Assembly: GCA_013265495.1 (NCBI GenBank)
Contig: MU063710.1
Location: 2,694,271-2,758,270, forward strand
Origin: Vicugna vicugna
Lineage: Eukaryota
DNA length: 64,000 bases
Direction of reading: 5' to 3'
Shown: one piece after another, positions 61,690-64,000 of the stretch
How the letters are laid out: each line of letters opens with the position of its first letter
Numbering within the stretch: the first letter of the stretch is position 1
Notes under the pieces: generated by a model
What the model saw: only the letters and a program-made list of their open reading frames with translations
Databases searched by the model: none
What the model was told of the DNA's origin: nothing
Position numbers and translations under genes: made by a program

Positions 61690-62520
61690 TAACTCCTCAG
61701 CTTATACATGTTGAGCAACTTCTCTATGCCAGCCACCCTGTCTTGTAAGAGGAATATAAAAATCCTCAAGATATTAGGTTAGTAGGGGATCTAGACATAT
61801 ACTGCAGCTATTAAAATACTATGCAATAATTTTGTATACAATGAAGATGCTATGAGAGCAAAGAAGTATCTAAATCTGTCTGAGGAGGCAGTGAAGACTA
61901 ATTGGGAAATGTGATAGCTTGCCCAAGTCTTGAAGGACTAATCAAGGTTAACTACATGCATAAAGTTGGAATAAGTATTCAAGGAAAAATAAAAGAAGCA
62001 ACTATAAAGGTCAAAGATGAAATATATCATGACACTTTTCTGGAACTTACAAGAGTGTCAGGAACTCAATTGTGAAGGATTTTATGTACTGCCCTGAGGA
62101 GTCTGATTTTATCAGCAAATGTCTTGGTTACCATTAAAAAGATTTTAGGCAGAGAGATGACAAAGTAAGGTTTTTATTGTAGAAAGAGCCCCCTGAGAGG
62201 AATGTGTAGGTTTTGTTGGAATAAGACAGGAAAGGATACCTGTTAGAGGGTTTGCAAGGTTTTCTTGGTAATAAATAATAAGGACCTAATCAAAAAAATG
62301 ATGATAATGATTTTGTATAGAGTTACAACTCAGAGATAAAGTCCACAGGACTGGGTTAGAAATGCAAAGTGTGGGGGAAGGGACTGAGGATGCTCCCAGG
62401 TTTTCTGCTTGGAACACAGGTGATGTTCACAATGACAAGTTTAATAAGAGAAAGAACAGGTTTGTAAGAACAAGATGATGAAGTTAGTTGTTTGTCATGT
62501 TAAATATAGGTTGACATCTA
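61690..62520 (-). mobile_element. L2 LINE fragment
   Basis: aggattttatgtactgccctgaggagtctgattttatc...ggcagagagatgacaaagtaaggtttttattgtagaaagagcccc. Confidence 0.65.
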
Positions 62521-62544
62521 GAAAGTGATTTCTAGAACCCAACT

Positions 62545-62722
62545 GTCTTAGTCATCTTGAGCTGCTATGACTAAATAACATAAACTGAGTGGCTTATTAA
62601 CAGTGTAAGTTTATTTCTCACAATTCTAGAGTCTGGAAGTCTGAGATCAGGATACCAGCAAGGTTGGGTTGTTTTGAGCTACTAAGTTTGTGATAATTTG
62701 TTATGCAACAATGGTAAACAAG
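62545..62722. mobile_element. Two MaLR LTR 3' ends fused in opposite orientation
   Basis: About 62545-62670 is the antisense MLT1A/MST-type 3' end (tgtcttagtcatcttgagctgctatg...). About 62670-62722 is a sense MLT1 3' end (gttttgagctactaagtttgtgataatttgttatgcaacaatgg). Confidence 0.6.
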
Positions 62723-62955
62723 TATGTTTATTTAATTTCCTTTGAGAACTGCTTGGTGTATGGAAGGTCAGTCTCTAAGAAGATATGTTGGATGAATATG
62801 TTTTGAGTCGGTGTTCTACCAGCATCACTATCTTTTTCCTTTGGTCTTTGTCTTTAGTCATGTCTGAACCAGACGTGTGTTTTTCTGCTCTTATGTCACT
62901 TCAGTCAGTGAGCCTATGAATTAAATGCATTTGATATTTATTAGCTGCTCTTTCT

Positions 62956-62974
62956 GAGCCTCCAGGTGGCAGTA
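62956..62974 (+). promoter_or_regulatory. CTCF motif, strong match
   Basis: GAGCCTCCAGGTGGCAGTA fits the CCWSYAGRKGGCRS core with no core mismatch, in non-repeat sequence. Confidence 0.6.
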
Positions 62975-64000
62975 GCTTAATTACAGTGGCTTTTGGGGCA
63001 CCAGCAGCCTTGAGATCCAACAGGAGAAATCATAAAGTCATTCTTACGCTGTTTGCTTTGCAGTAGAGTCTCACAAACATGTATGTTCAACTCCCCTTTC
63101 TCCATATGCTGTGCGTAATATCCTGAGTTCACTTGACACTAAGACACACGTATTTATGTTTCATACATACAGTCAGCCAATACAACCGGAAATGCACTTA
63201 CGTGAATTAACTTAGAATTGTTTTAATCAGGAAGTAAAGAAAAATGTTATTTGTTGTAGGTCACCCTGTAGGCAGGAGTGAGTTAGGTTATATCTTGCAA
63301 CGTCACTACTGAAGTGCTGTAACAGTTGGAAAAACTCATTATGTAATTTCAATGTTAAACATTCTCTGATTTATAAAATTGAAAACTTTCCCAACCATTT
63401 CCCATTGTGATTAGCAATTGCTGAAAAGAAAATAAAGACATACTACATGCATCCACAATCATTTTAGACTTTAAAAACAAAAGAAAAATTGGAGTGTTGA
63501 GTGTTACAGATACCAACCCTGTCTGTATTTGAAGGAAACCATTTGTTCTTAGTAGTCACAAGTTGTGCTACCTAAAAAATAAAACAAAAGGGTATATGTA
63601 TCTGAATAATTTTTACACCATGGTTGGATTATTTCTATGAAACTCTTTGTCATCTAAGGAAAATGTAAGCAATGTGATTTTGGTTTCTTTGTATCACCAT
63701 AATTTTTTAATGGGAGAAATGGAAACTGGTTGGTTGGAAAGACCAGATATTGAATGTAATCTCTCAGTTAAGAAGATCATGAAGTGCATGGTTATCAGAG
63801 TCTTCAGGTCCCTGGATACTGGTTCACGGTATTCAGATGTGTATTGGACTAATGTTAACCCAAAAGTTATTTTATAACAAAGAGCTCATGAGTTTGTTTT
63901 GTCACACAGAGAAGTTAAAATCATGTCCCTTGATTTATATTCTTTATAACATTGAGGAAATTAAATCAGCCCTGAAACTCAATTTCCTTTGCTATATAAG

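Noticed and set aside
1-64000. ORF-track ORFs as genes, and any prokaryotic operon, defence system or CRISPR array
   Set aside because: The ORFs are 60-160 aa, low-complexity or derived from repeats, with no gene-like density. No regularly spaced repeat-spacer array exists. The sequence is mammalian intron.

Overview
AT-rich, CpG-depleted mammalian genomic DNA with seven N-gaps. A tRNA-Ala(AGC)-derived SINE with target-site duplications (15440-15537) points to a camelid genome. Only one protein-coding segment is supportable: an isolated 150-bp, phase 0-0, + strand exon (25735-25884, KIQEDSLEENLRLAQEYQKLQ...VRDKKQ). I recognise it from memory as a late exon of CCDC178, a testis-enriched coiled-coil gene, so the rest of the window is very long intron. 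That intron is filled with old eutherian repeats (MIR, L2, CR1/L3, old L1, MaLR/MLT1, MLT2/ERV-L with a dead dUTPase, ERV1-type LTR, MER20, MER58) and a few younger insertions. There is no prokaryotic system, CRISPR array or intact RNA gene, and the ORF track is almost all noise. The strongest unexplained signals are regulatory: a perfect five-pentamer heat-shock element (53270-53294), a second five-unit HSE with one mismatch over the exon's splice acceptor, RFX X-boxes at 38.9-41 kb, and two same-orientation CTCF motifs. A 7-nt microexon-like unit and a tail-less young L1 ORF2 fragment also stand out. Repeat names and boundaries come from remembered consensus sequences and are approximate. 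All regulatory calls are motif-level hypotheses.
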